This document shows, one piece after another, positions 1 to 10,460 of a DNA stretch of 23,780 nucleotides. The stretch is from Ginkgo biloba. Taxonomy: Eukaryota; Plantae; Ginkgophyta. A program made the translations under genes and the position numbers. The notes under the pieces were generated by a model. The model made no database searches, was not told where the DNA came from, and saw only the letters and a program-made list of their open reading frames with translations. The stretch spans positions 141,119,517 to 141,143,296 of the forward strand of contig JANKJI020000004.1 in the NCBI GenBank assembly GCA_024626585.2, in the 5' to 3' direction. Numbering within the stretch: the first letter of the stretch is position 1; each line of letters starts with the position of its first letter.

Positions 1-1884
1 TTTATTAAATTAATTATTTAATTAATTTATTCTATTTTATTTCATTATATCTCATTCATTTAAATTATATTATTCACAAATATAATATTAATCCACTTGG
101 GGAGTTTAGGTTGTTGTTATATAAAACCATGTGGCCAAAATCCTATCCCATTTTAAATAATATTGGCTTGGCCTTCTGGTTGCCAAACTACCTTATAGTT
201 GATAATCAAAAAATTTGAAAATATAAATGGGATGAGAATGGCAGATTCAAAGATTGGGAATTTTGGAAGAAAGAGGAAAATAGCAGAAGAGAAGGGGATG
301 TTGGAAGGAAGAAAGAGCAAATTAGTAAGAAGAGGAGGACAAAACAGTAGTAGAAAAACAAAGGGAGGACTGTGGTGATTGTCTTCAACATCCCAGATAA
401 CCCACAAGTGCTCCAACAATTCCTACCGCTGAGTTGAGGTCTCCCGCATCCTTACTTACCTTCTTTAATTTTTTACCTCTGCTATTCTTTCTATTTTGCA
501 ATTGGGCGACTCTATATTTTATCTGTTGCGAAGAAAGCCCTCCTCCCATTGGCCACTATCATGCGTCTCCTTTCTGCTTTCTAAAATCCATTGCACTTCT
601 TCTCTACAGGTTTGAGAACCATAGCCCTCATCCTTTATGATGCCCTAGGAGTAAAATGCAAGCCATACAGTATTCTCTCTTTAAATTCGTCGATCCCCCG
701 ACCTCTGTATCTCAGTAATACTGTATTTCAATTAAACGTCATTCAAAATTTCACTCCCTATCCCTCTACAGTCTGATCGATGCTCTTCTAAATGCACAAT
801 TCGGCTGCCTACAAGAAAACAACGTTCTGCAGCATCTCTTCATCAAACTGTAGCATATTTTCCCAAATCGGCTCACTCACAAGAAAAATGACTTCAAATC
901 ACTTAAAAACTGAAGTCTCTGAGATTCCTCACCACCGCCAAATCGAATTCATCACTCGTAGAGAAATTTGAAGCCGCATGCAGTCACCCAAGCCCGTCGG
1001 TTCATAATTTTTAAAAGTTTCTAAAGTTTTGCCTAAAGTCATTTTTTAATAAATTAAAACGGGTTGAAAACCACCTTAGCACTCAATTTTATATGGTGCT
1101 CCACAACACCGCAACCTAATTTCTCCCAGGGTCTTAGCATTTCTCTTTCATTTCCCCTCACCTCTTCACTGTATTCCAATGCCACTTTATTCCGCCATTC
1201 ACCCTTAGTCCTCATCACACATACATCCATCTATACCGGTTCATTGATTAAGGAATGATTATGCGTCAAGATGGAGGAAGCAAACGCAAGAACTTGCGAG
1301 CGAACTCGAATTCCGACAACACTATGATGAGTATGTATTCGTTATATTCCATTAATATAATTTATCATGGTTTTGAACTTTAAATTATTTGATTGGTTCT
1401 GTTATTATTTATTTATTTTTAATTTCATGTTTATTTCAAAATAATTGTAAATCTCAAATTTCATGCTTTGCTCAACAACCAAAAATGCATGGTAATGGTT
1501 AATTCAAATCTTGCTTACTAAACTTAGTTAAATTATGCTTTAAAAATTATGTTGAAAGGCTATTAAACGCGAAGTTTGATTTCTTTTAACTTTTCTTTTA
1601 GAATAATAGTCAAATGATTCCATTTATTTTTCGCATTATTTTCATAGCCTTTGAATAATTTGAATTATTTAATTTCGAAACGTTTATGAATTGAATGAGC
1701 AAAAACTGAAATTACTATTAAAGCACGAAAACCAAAACCAAAAATAATTAAGACCAACCATATACATTGTTGAAACCATTAGGTAGTACACATATGCAAA
1801 ATATTCTACATCAATACAACTCTGAAACTAGAATGCTTCCAACTAGCCATCCATTCGTCATATGTAACCTTACCTTCTTAAGTT

Positions 1885-2249
1885 TATGTTGATGGCCTAG
1901 TTTGGATGCAATCTAGATCCTGGGTGTCCTAATAGGCCCCCCTACCTATTTTCATCTAGAATTTTCCCTAGGTCTATCTATTATCCCTCTATCATGCTAA
2001 TTTATAACTCCTCCTAACCTAACAACCTAGTCAGCCTCTAAGGGAACCTAATAGACCAACCAAGGACACTAGTGTATTGGCTTGTTCTACAAATGCCAAC
2101 ACATCTTCTTACATACATAGGCCACTTATTAGAGGTGTCATCTCCTTATATATAAAATCCCTTCATTTCTTAAAACATCTCCTGATGAGATTTATACTTA
2201 GACTAAGTGGATACCCCTTCCACTTACTCGAGCTTAATGTATTTAAAAA
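1885..2249. mobile_element. Possible LTR-like fragment
   Basis: Begins with TGTTG, is CpG-depleted, and contains ctccttatatataa (TATA-like on the minus strand). No partner LTR, PBS or TSD is visible. Confidence 0.25.
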
Positions 2250-4314
2250 NNNNNNNNNNNNNNNNNNNNNNNNNNNNNNNNNNNNNNNNNNNNNNNNNNN
2301 NNNNNNNNNNNNNNNNNNNNNNNNNNNNNNNNNNNNNNNNNNNNNNNNNGTTTTCCTTGCTTGCCACGACAAGAGTAAAATGGTGCTACGTGCCAAATGT
2401 AATGAAAATGGGATGATAAACTAACCTGCATGCTTAGGTCTAACCCATTTTCCATCCTCTGAAACTCTACTATTCTTTTGGCTTAGGTCCATTATTCCAT
2501 GAGGCAAACACAAAACAAAGGAGACTACTTTGCCAATCTAGAACAATTTGATTCCAATTGGTTCAACAAATAGCATGACCCATTTTCNNNNNNNNNNNNN
2601 NNNNNNNNNNNNNNNNNNNNNNNNNNNNNNNNNNNNNNNNNNNNNNNNNNNNNNNNNNTGTTTATATCATGATGTGTTGAGATAAGATTGGGATTTGGTG
2701 GAGCCAGATGAAATAATCAAAATGTATTTTATTCTTGAAGCAGTGAATGGATTGCCTTTACTACTGAAATCGCCACATGCCTCCACTATCAAAACGTGAA
2801 GTTAATTCTGTTATGAAGTGAAAAAGAGTGAAACAATCATTCAACATTCATATACGTGATGCATGAGGTCTAACCTATTTTCACAAAAAAATTGGCATTT
2901 TTATTTGTTCGGCCACCCCCAAAAAATGGTGAAAAACTTTTTTTTTTTGAAAAAATCGATGTACCTTATGACCTAGACTCCAACCCTATTTTGGACTCTC
3001 CAACAGTAATTACATGAACTCACACATTTGACTTTCATAGTGAAATTCATCCCTATTCAATTATTTTATGAATTTGAAATCAAAGTGTTGTTTTATAATA
3101 CCTACACTTGGGATTTAGCTAAGCTTGAACATTAATAACAAAACCATTACATGTGGTTTAGATATAATTTCTTGTTTAACTAAGAATCAAAGTTATGAAT
3201 TCATTCAATCCATTCATCCAAAATATTAGAGATAATAACAACTAAAGAAAAAGGTACATACCTAATCTACTTGCCAGTTATTTGAGCAATTACAATATAG
3301 CACACTGAGACACGACATCAATCATGTACCATTCATACGACTAGTACAAATTCACTCATTAGGAATTCAAGGCATCAATTGCTTATATTCATAAGAAATA
3401 TGCCCATACATAATCTAGCTATTAACTACCTATACAGGTAACTAGCAATTTGTACAAGTTTATCCAACTACCTTTCCCATTCATTCTCTTANNNNNNNNN
3501 NNNNNNNNNNNNNNNNNNNNNNNNNNNNNNNNNNNNNNNNNNNNNNNNNNNNNNNNNNNNNNNNNNNNNNNNNNNNNNNNNNNNNNNNNNNNNNNNNNNN
3601 NNNNNNNNNNNNNNNNNNNNNNNNNNNNNNNNNNNNNNNNNNNNNNNNNNNNNNNNNNNNNNNNNNNNNNNNNNNNNNNNNNNNNNNNNNNNNNNNNNNN
3701 NNNNNNNNNNNNNNNNNNNNNNNNNNNNNNNNNNNNNNNNNNNNNNNNNNNNNNNNNNNNNNNNNNNNNNNNNNNNNNNNNNNNNNNNNNNNNNNNNNNN
3801 NNNNNNNNNNNNNNNNNNNNNNNNNNNNNNNNNNNNNNNNNNNNNNNNNNNNNNNNNNNNNNNNNNNNNNNNNNNNNNNNNNNNNNNNNNNNNNNNNNNN
3901 NNNNNNNNNNNNNNNNNNNNNNNNNNNNNNNNNNNNNNNNNNNNNNNNNNNNNNNNNNNNNNNNNNNNNNNNNNNNNNNNNNNNNNNNNNNNNNNNNNNN
4001 NNNNNNNNNNNNNNNNNNNNNNNNNNNNNNNNNNNNNNNNNNNNNNNNNNNNNNNNNNNNNNNNNNNNNNNNNNNNNNNNNNNNNNNNNNNNNNNNNNNN
4101 NNNNNNNNNNNNNNNNNNNNNNNNNNNNNNNNNNNNNNNNNNNNNNNNNNNNNNNNNNNNNNNNNNNNNNNNNNNNNNNNNNNNNNNNNNNNNNNNNNNN
4201 NNNNNNNNNNNNNNNNNNNNNNNNNNNNNNNNNNNNNNNNNNNNNNNNNNNNNNNNNNNNNNNNNNNNNNNNNNNNNNNNNNNNNNNNNNNNNNNNNNNN
4301 NNNNNNNNNNNNNN

Positions 4315-4960
4315 TCTTGATGAATTCTTAGCAAGATGAATCAAAATATTTTCACCCACAATCATATCTGAGGAATAAATAAGATTTATTAAAGGAAGGT
4401 GCATATTAAAAAAATTGTTAATAGTGTGGTAAGGATTTGATTGGGCTAAAAGATATAATCAAGAGATAGTATCATGACTATATATTTGAAAATACATATG
4501 ATAGAGTAGAATATAATTTTATTCAAATGATGAAGATAGCATTAGGTTTTGGAAGTAAATTAAGAAATATGGCAGCATCTCTTTTCCATAAGAAAATATG
4601 ATCAACTATGCCAATAGAGAAACATTAAACAATATTTAGCTTCAAAGACCAATTTTTCAAGGATGCCCTTTAGCTCTTACATTATTTGCTATAACTGTAG
4701 AGGCAATAGGATATTTATTGAAAGTAAATGGCAACATAAATATAAAATGGCTATAGTTTCCAAAAAATTAAAGAATAAAAAACTCTCACTTTATGGATAA
4801 CATTATTCTATTATTAAGGGTGGAAAAAGAAGAAATGATGAACTAATAAGGANNNNNNNNNNNNNNNNNNNNNNNNNNNNNNNNNNNNNNNNNNNNNAAA
4901 TTACAAATAGAAATTACCAACTATCCCCACATATTGGAAGCTTCCTTTTTCTCATAAAGG
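4315..4960 (+). mobile_element. Degenerate L1 LINE reverse-transcriptase fragment
   Basis: PTIISEE*IRFIKGRCI (cf. IISxEQxGFIKGRxI), FENTYDRVE at 4485-4511 (cf. DFEKAYDRVEW), PIFQGCPLA with QGCPL at 4658-4672 (cf. GIRQGCPLS) and NSHFMDNIIL (cf. xQFADDTxL). Stops and frameshifts throughout. Confidence 0.85.
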
Positions 4961-5199
4961 GAAAGTAGGTTGGATATGGGTTTATGAGAGAGAAATAGTT
5001 ATGTCGTGGGACTTTTATGCAGAGAAGGTATAACTCTTATTTGAATGTGAGATTAGGTAAGAAATAAAATGTCATCAAACGTTTTCCCATAGACCCTTCC
5101 ACTAGTTTTTTTTAAGAATGTGACCAAGAGGGGACTCAAATCCAAACCCAAGTTAGAGGCAATTGGATAGAAATCCAATGTGAACGAGAAACTTGGTGT

Positions 5200-5400
5200 G
5201 TGCGTGGGTCATGCTAGAAACGCGTTTTAGCTCCAAAAGAGGCAGCGCGTTAATTGAAGTAGGCATTAAGTTATTACAATATTCCTTCGTCGCTTTCTCT
5301 GTGTTTCAATATGCCTCCGTCATGTGACGAACCGTCAACCAACCGAGGCTTATTTTCGCACTTCAAAGTTCCGTCAATTAACAGAATTCACAGCATCAAG
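5200..5400 (+). promoter_or_regulatory. Putative CCX promoter with two CGCGTT (RSRE/CAMTA CGCG-box) and four TGACG/CGTCA motifs
   Basis: CGCGTT at 5221-5226 and 5246-5251; CGTCA at 5318, 5333 and 5372; TGACG at 5325; CATGTG at 5321. CpG is retained here, unlike in the flanking decayed TEs. Lies 750-950 bp upstream of the ATG. Confidence 0.5.
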
Positions 5401-5700
5401 TACGAAGTTGGCGCATTATCTTATTTGGCAGAGCTTCCGGGCAATAATTTCTTATCCGATGAACATCAAACTTACTTACAATACTCGTTTTTAGTCATTA
5501 AATCCCATCTTGGTAAAGATCTTCAATCGGGGAAATTAGAGAACTGTTTGCGATAAAATTTAGTGAGTTCTCGGTTTCAAAATTTTCATTAAAATTATCG
5601 GGAATTCCAGCAATTCTGACAGAGAATCGGTCCAATTTTTTGACAAAACTTTGCGGGCAAGGGTTTCTCTGTAAGTGGGCCTTCAGCTCTTTGAATTCAG

Positions 5701-6129
5701 GTATATTTTTAAGCCGTTTTGAAGAATCTTTTAAGATTTGGCACAAATTTATGTTGTAATCGGAATGCTTTAAGGACTTCAAATGATTTTAGCTCTGCAA
5801 CTTAGGCGTAAATTTGAGCCGCAGCGGTGAAATTTGGTGGATTTGGTGCATTTTACTGGGAAGTTTGGTGTGATTTTCGTTGTCTTGGAAATTTTAACGT
5901 TTTAAAACAGAGCGAAGCTCATTGTTAAAGTTTTGGCGTGGAATAGGGGCGCCCAACGACGCAGTTTGGGGGATTAGGCATTTTCGTCTATAGAGATCGA
6001 TGCACTCTACCTTGTTTTGAGCCTCACGATGTATTAAACCCCTGGAAGCTTTAGCATGAAAAGCTCTTGTGGAACTGGATTCAGTTCCATGCTTCTGTTT
6101 GAGAAATGATGCTTGTTTTTGTTGATTAG
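5701..6129 (+). other. Putative 5'-UTR (leader) intron of CCX
   Basis: Donor CAG|GTATAT at 5701, with alternatives GTGAGT at 5563 and GTAAGT at 5671. T-rich tract and acceptor gcttgtttttgttgattAG| end at 6129, 14 nt before the ATG. Confidence 0.45.
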
Positions 6130-6143
6130 TGAAATCAACAATA

Positions 6144-6626
6144 ATGGCAAGAAACATGATTCGATGGAGCAAGAAATTACGTTTAGCATTTAACCTAGCT
6201 TTCGTTATGCTGCTGGCTTTCGTCCTGCTTAACCGAGCGAGTTTTTCTGCTCCCCTTTATTTGAAAAGCATATCTTCAAAATCATCGTATCGATGGAGCT
6301 CCAAAGCTTCTAGGTCAAAATTACACTCACAAATATTGGCTTCTGATAGAAGAAACCATTCAGGTAACTACAGTATAATATCGAGAATTCTTGTGGAAAG
6401 CCCTTCGGTAACTGGCAATAATCCTGCAGAAATTTCTTCGCAACTAGACCGTAGTTACACCGAAAGTTCTTCAGAAATAGGGCATAACCTCGTGGTGCCA
6501 GCCTTGGAAGGTGAAGATGTTGCTTTTCCCTGCAGTGGTGTGAAACAGCACTTAAATTACGATAGTGAATGTGAATACATTAAAGCTCAAAAGCAGTGTA
6601 GTTCTGGAGGATTTATTGATTACATC
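6144..6626 (+). CDS. CCX4: Cation/calcium exchanger (CCX3/CCX4 clade), N-terminal coding segment
   Basis: ATG at 6144 in a strong plant context (aacaataATGGC). N-terminal hydrophobic stretch LAFNLAFVMLLAFVLL, a Ser-rich linker, then the Cys motif CSGVKQHLNYDSECEYIKAQKQCSSGGFIDYI, matching the CCX-type C-x-G...C-E-F/Y...C...G-F-x-D-Y segment that precedes TM1. Similarity ends after DYI (6618-6626); the ORF continues into TE-like sequence to a stop at 6701. Confidence 0.85.
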
Positions 6627-8450
6627 ATTAATGCCATTTTGTGTTGTCAACATAAGGTTATAGACCGTGACTTAGTAAATATTTGGCATTTACATATTTA
6701 GTTGCAATCATTATGATTGTTATCATAGGAACAATTATAACTAGGAAAAATCTTCAAGGCACGAGAATGAAAATATTGGGTATGTTAAAAGCACTTGGGA
6801 GAGTGTTCAAAGATAAGTGTGAAAGCTTCAATAGAAATAAGATGTATTAGATAAAAATGGAATGTTGATGAAAAGGGTCTACACTTTCCTTTAAGCAAAA
6901 GAAACCAAATTAACCTTCAAGCACAAACACTCAAAATTTTATGTAGAAGTTGTATGAGAATGTGACTATTAACTTGTGGATAACAAACACCTAGAAAGAT
7001 ATTTTTTTTTTGTGTAGATGAAATACATCAATATATAACTCAATTAACGTACGTTCAAAGAGATAGCAAAACCAAAAATCAAGGGTAGTATTAAAAGGCT
7101 CATTGTGGATGGCTAGGACACAAGATGCTCAAAAAGTGGAATGGGTAAGACATGATTCATCAAAAATTAGATAATCGTAAGAATTGATCCATTGGTCTCA
7201 TATGGAGAATGTAGAGTACCAAAGAATATCATAAGAAACCAAGATAATAAATTCAGGAGCTGCTTGTGGAAAAACTTGTTCCCAAGCTTAGTAATAGTAA
7301 CTGCCCTTAGTAGATGGATAAACAAAAAGGGTGAATCAAATTGTGAAGGATGTGTTAAGGTCACATATAGTGAACAAGAAAACAAAAAATGTTCCCTTGT
7401 AGAATTTATATACAATAACAACAAAAACTTAGTTGCAAGCATGGCATCGTTTAGGGCAATGTATGGGTTTGAGTCTGTCATCCCTTAAGGTTTGGATTTG
7501 AAGAAATTTAAAGGGAAGACGCGAGTGTAATTATATATGATTGAGCAAAAGGAAGAATAATGAAGAGAGTGTTGGAGGAATATAGGAAAGTTATTAAGCT
7601 CATGCCAAATTATACACAGGCCAACATAAATGGAAAAAACCATTTGCGATGCGAGATATGGTGTATGAAGAATAATTTCTTATTTATGAAAACATACTCA
7701 AATATCTCATTAAGAAATTGTGTTCCATTCCATGTGTTAGAGAAAAAAAATCAATGAAGCAACTTATAGATTACAATTAGCAATGCATGTTAAAGTGCAT
7801 CTATTTTTTCATATAAGTTTCATCGAGGGAACCATTGTATGAATATAATAATGCAATTCATGATTTTGTAGTTGTGCAACAGAGAGAGTAAGATGCACAA
7901 TCTTGTGTGATATTGAATGAGAGGATTAAAAAGCTATGAAATAAACAAATCAAATAATATCTTCTGGAATAGTCAATTAAGCCCATTAAAGAGTCCACTT
8001 GGGGGTCAATGGTAGTCAAAGACCTTTGTACATGAAGTTAGCCTCATTAAGGGCAATGGTATTTGCATAATGGAGAGAGGTATAATATGCCAATAAGTTC
8101 AAGAAAAATTGGCCTTGAAAAGAGGAACAAGTAGTGATGTAAGTAAAGAAATTAGTATTTGGGCCCTATTTTAATAATGGTACCACCTAAAGTAGTATTA
8201 ATAACAAAATGGTAAATTGTTAAAGGTTAAAGAGAAAGACCATAGAAGGACACTTTCAATGAGAGAGTAATATGTGGAAAATGGACTATAGATTGGATAT
8301 TTGGATTATGATAGTTCCAACACAAGTCTAAATAATCCATAAGGAACATGACACCCAAACTTTGAAGAGATATGTTTGGGCTTGACAATTTGTTGTCTCG
8401 TTGGATTTCTTTCTATCTTTCTGTCATTATTTGACTTTTCAAACAACAAT
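6627..8450 (+). mobile_element. Degenerate Ty3/gypsy (chromovirus-like) pol remnant: RNase H-like start, integrase and 3' LTR-like tail, inside the CCX gene
   Basis: VPKNIIRNQDNKFRSCLWKNLF (cf. GVPKSIVSDRDxKFTSxFWKELF), DG*TKRVNQIVKDVLR at 7313-7360 (cf. DGQTERVNQILEDMLR), LVEFIYNNN..MASFRAMYG (cf. LVEFAYNNS..MAPFEALYG) and YRLQLAMHVKVHLFFHIS at 7765-7818 (cf. YRLxLP..VHxVFHVS). Many stops and frameshifts. The RNase H assignment is weak and the 3' boundary is approximate. Confidence 0.8.
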
Positions 8451-8888
8451 TAGATTTGAATTCTTTCTATGTGGATGAAATAGTGATGTAAATATACTTT
8501 CTGAAGTTAGGGCATCACTATCCTAGTGTCATGTTGTTATCCCAAGAATATTTTCTTGGTTGTAGTTGTATCAAGTACCTCTAGGAAGCTCCAAAATGCA
8601 ATGTAAGACTTTAATGAAGAGTGTACCCCTCTTTAAGGATTATTTTTTCTCTGTTGTTGATTATAGAATAGAGTACTTCTCCTCTAGAATTTATTGTAGG
8701 TTTTCTCCACCTAACAATTACAATAGAATCCACTAGAGCTACACCTTTTACTTAGTTCCATAAACTCTAAGTGTTACATAAAACCTAGCTAATAGAAAGG
8801 CATTATTTTCAATAATATGAATTAATATAACAAATTATGACATAAGTAATGCATGATGAGAATGATTAGAATAAGGAATGACACTTTA

Positions 8889-8988
8889 NNNNNNNNNNNN
8901 NNNNNNNNNNNNNNNNNNNNNNNNNNNNNNNNNNNNNNNNNNNNNNNNNNNNNNNNNNNNNNNNNNNNNNNNNNNNNNNNNNNNNNNN
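8889..8988. other. Assembly gap of exactly 100 N within the CCX gene
   Basis: N-run. Other exact 100-N gaps are at 2250-2349, 15757-15856, 19768-19867 and 21585-21684. Gaps of other sizes are at 2588-2658, 3492-4314, 4853-4897, 9993-10011, 13379-13536, 14701-14789, 17137-18045 and 18428-18465. Confidence 0.98.
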
Positions 8989-10460
8989 TGTTGTTTGGAG
9001 AAGTTGTCTAATCTGTTGAAGCTGCCCCCGACAGTTGCGGGTGTGACTCTTCTACCACTTGGAAATGGAGCACCTGATGTCTTTGCAAGTATTGCTGCGT
9101 TCGTTGGGGCTGATGCTGGTCAAGTAGGCCTGAACAGTGTTTTAGGAGGTGCTGTTTTTGTTACATGTGTTGTGGCTGGAGCTGTCAGTCTCGTTGTTGC
9201 TAGTTCTGCAGTGTCAATTGATCATGGATGCTTTATCAGAGATGTTTGTTTCTTCCTCTTTACTCTGGCTTCTCTCTGTGTTATTTTAATTGTTGGTAAG
9301 ATCAATCTATGGGGTGCACTGGCTTTCATTTCAATATATTTTGTCTATGCATTCACTGTTGCAGCAAATGAATTCTTGAGGAAGCAAACCCAGAAACTAA
9401 AATTGCATTCAATAACACCGCTGCTTCCTGTCCAAGGAAGCATATTGGCTCCTGTTGCTGCAGTAGAAGATAACTCCATTTATAGCCCTCTTTTGGATCC
9501 AGAGTCAGTTACAGGTGTGGCCGAGGATCCAGCATGTTTGCTGACTTCTCTGCCTCAGTGGATGTGGTCTTCTAATGTGGCTATCTACGCAAACCAGATA
9601 GTGGCAAAGACAGGTGAGAGTCCACGGCCTTTGTGGGGATGGAGTGATGAGAGGGAGGAAAGTAAAGCAAGCTGTTCATGCAGTGGGTTGTTATTATTTC
9701 TTTTTGAGCTGCCATTGGTATTACCAAGGCGTCTGACCATTCCATTAGTTGAAGCTGACCGTTGGTCAAGGGGCTATGCAATTTCAGCTGCTACATTAGC
9801 ACCGATTGTCTTGGCTGTGCTTTGGAATTCTCAAGAAAACAATCCCCTTGGCATTGGTGAGGCTGCATATGTTTTTGGAGGAGTTTTGGGTGCTTTACTG
9901 GGAACTCTTGCATTCTGTACAACTGAGAGGGAGCACCCACCACAGACATTTTTGTTGCCTTGGGTTGCAGGAGGGTTCTTGATGAGCATTGANNNNNNNN
10001 NNNNNNNNNNNAACTGGTGGCTTTGTTGGTTGCCTTTGGTACAATTCTTGATATAAACCCATCAATCCTAGGTTTAACAGTGTTGGCTTGGGGAAATTCT
10101 ATGGGTGATTTGATGTCTAATGTTGCTTTGGCATTGAATGGTGGTGATGGAGTGCAGATTGCTTTGTCTGGTTGCTATGCAGGGCCAATGTTCAATACAC
10201 TTGCTGGATTAGGGCTGTCTTTGGTGCTGGGTTCCTGGTCTAGCTACCCTACTTCGTTTATAGTTCCAGAGGATCTCAGTCTGTTTTACACATTAGGCTT
10301 TCTTGTGGCTGGACTTCTTTGGGCACTAGTTGTTTTGCCTGGGAATGATATGCGCCCAAGCAAGTCTTTGGGAATTGGCCTTCTGAGTTTATACTCGTCA
10401 TTTCTGATATTCAGGTTGAGCAAATATCTTGGGTTCATCTCCATTGCCGGCTTGTCCTAA
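8989..10460 (+). CDS. CCX4: Cation/calcium exchanger (CCX3/CCX4 clade), main membrane domain to stop codon
   Basis: [38 protein letters not shown] contains the alpha-1 repeat GNGAPD (9061-9078). A long hydrophilic loop (LPQWMW, PRPLWGW, PRRLTIP) follows, then [23 protein letters not shown] (alpha-2 repeat GNSMGD, 10092-10109), [18 protein letters not shown] and TAA at 10458-10460. No stop codons in the sequenced parts; the frame change falls inside the 19-N gap 9993-10011. CCX4 versus CCX3 orthology cannot be resolved here. Confidence 0.95.

Noticed and set aside
153-419. Hydrophobic minus-strand ORFs
   Set aside because: By-product of a purine-rich low-complexity tract (F/L/S-rich on the reverse strand).
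3450-4404. Long ORFs of 281-307 aa in the ORF track, and the similar ones at 17045-18093
   Set aside because: They consist almost entirely of N-gap (X) residues, so they are artefacts.
5311-5556. 81-aa ORF upstream of CCX
   Set aside because: It overlaps the cis-element cluster, probably starts upstream of the TSS, and has no recognisable homology.
6642-6652. TGTTG-T-CAACA palindrome resembling fused LTR termini
   Set aside because: It is only 11 bp, has no TSD, lies 15 nt inside the junction, and the surrounding sequence looks like pol rather than LTR; probably chance.
6129-6701. Stand-alone 190-aa protein starting at GTG 6129
   Set aside because: GTG is not the expected start in a plant nuclear gene, and ATG 6144 has a strong context. 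The ORF is the CCX N-terminus reading through into TE sequence.
10017-10460. Separate 147-aa membrane protein gene
   Set aside because: It is the C-terminal alpha-2 half of the same CCX, separated only by a mis-sized gap.
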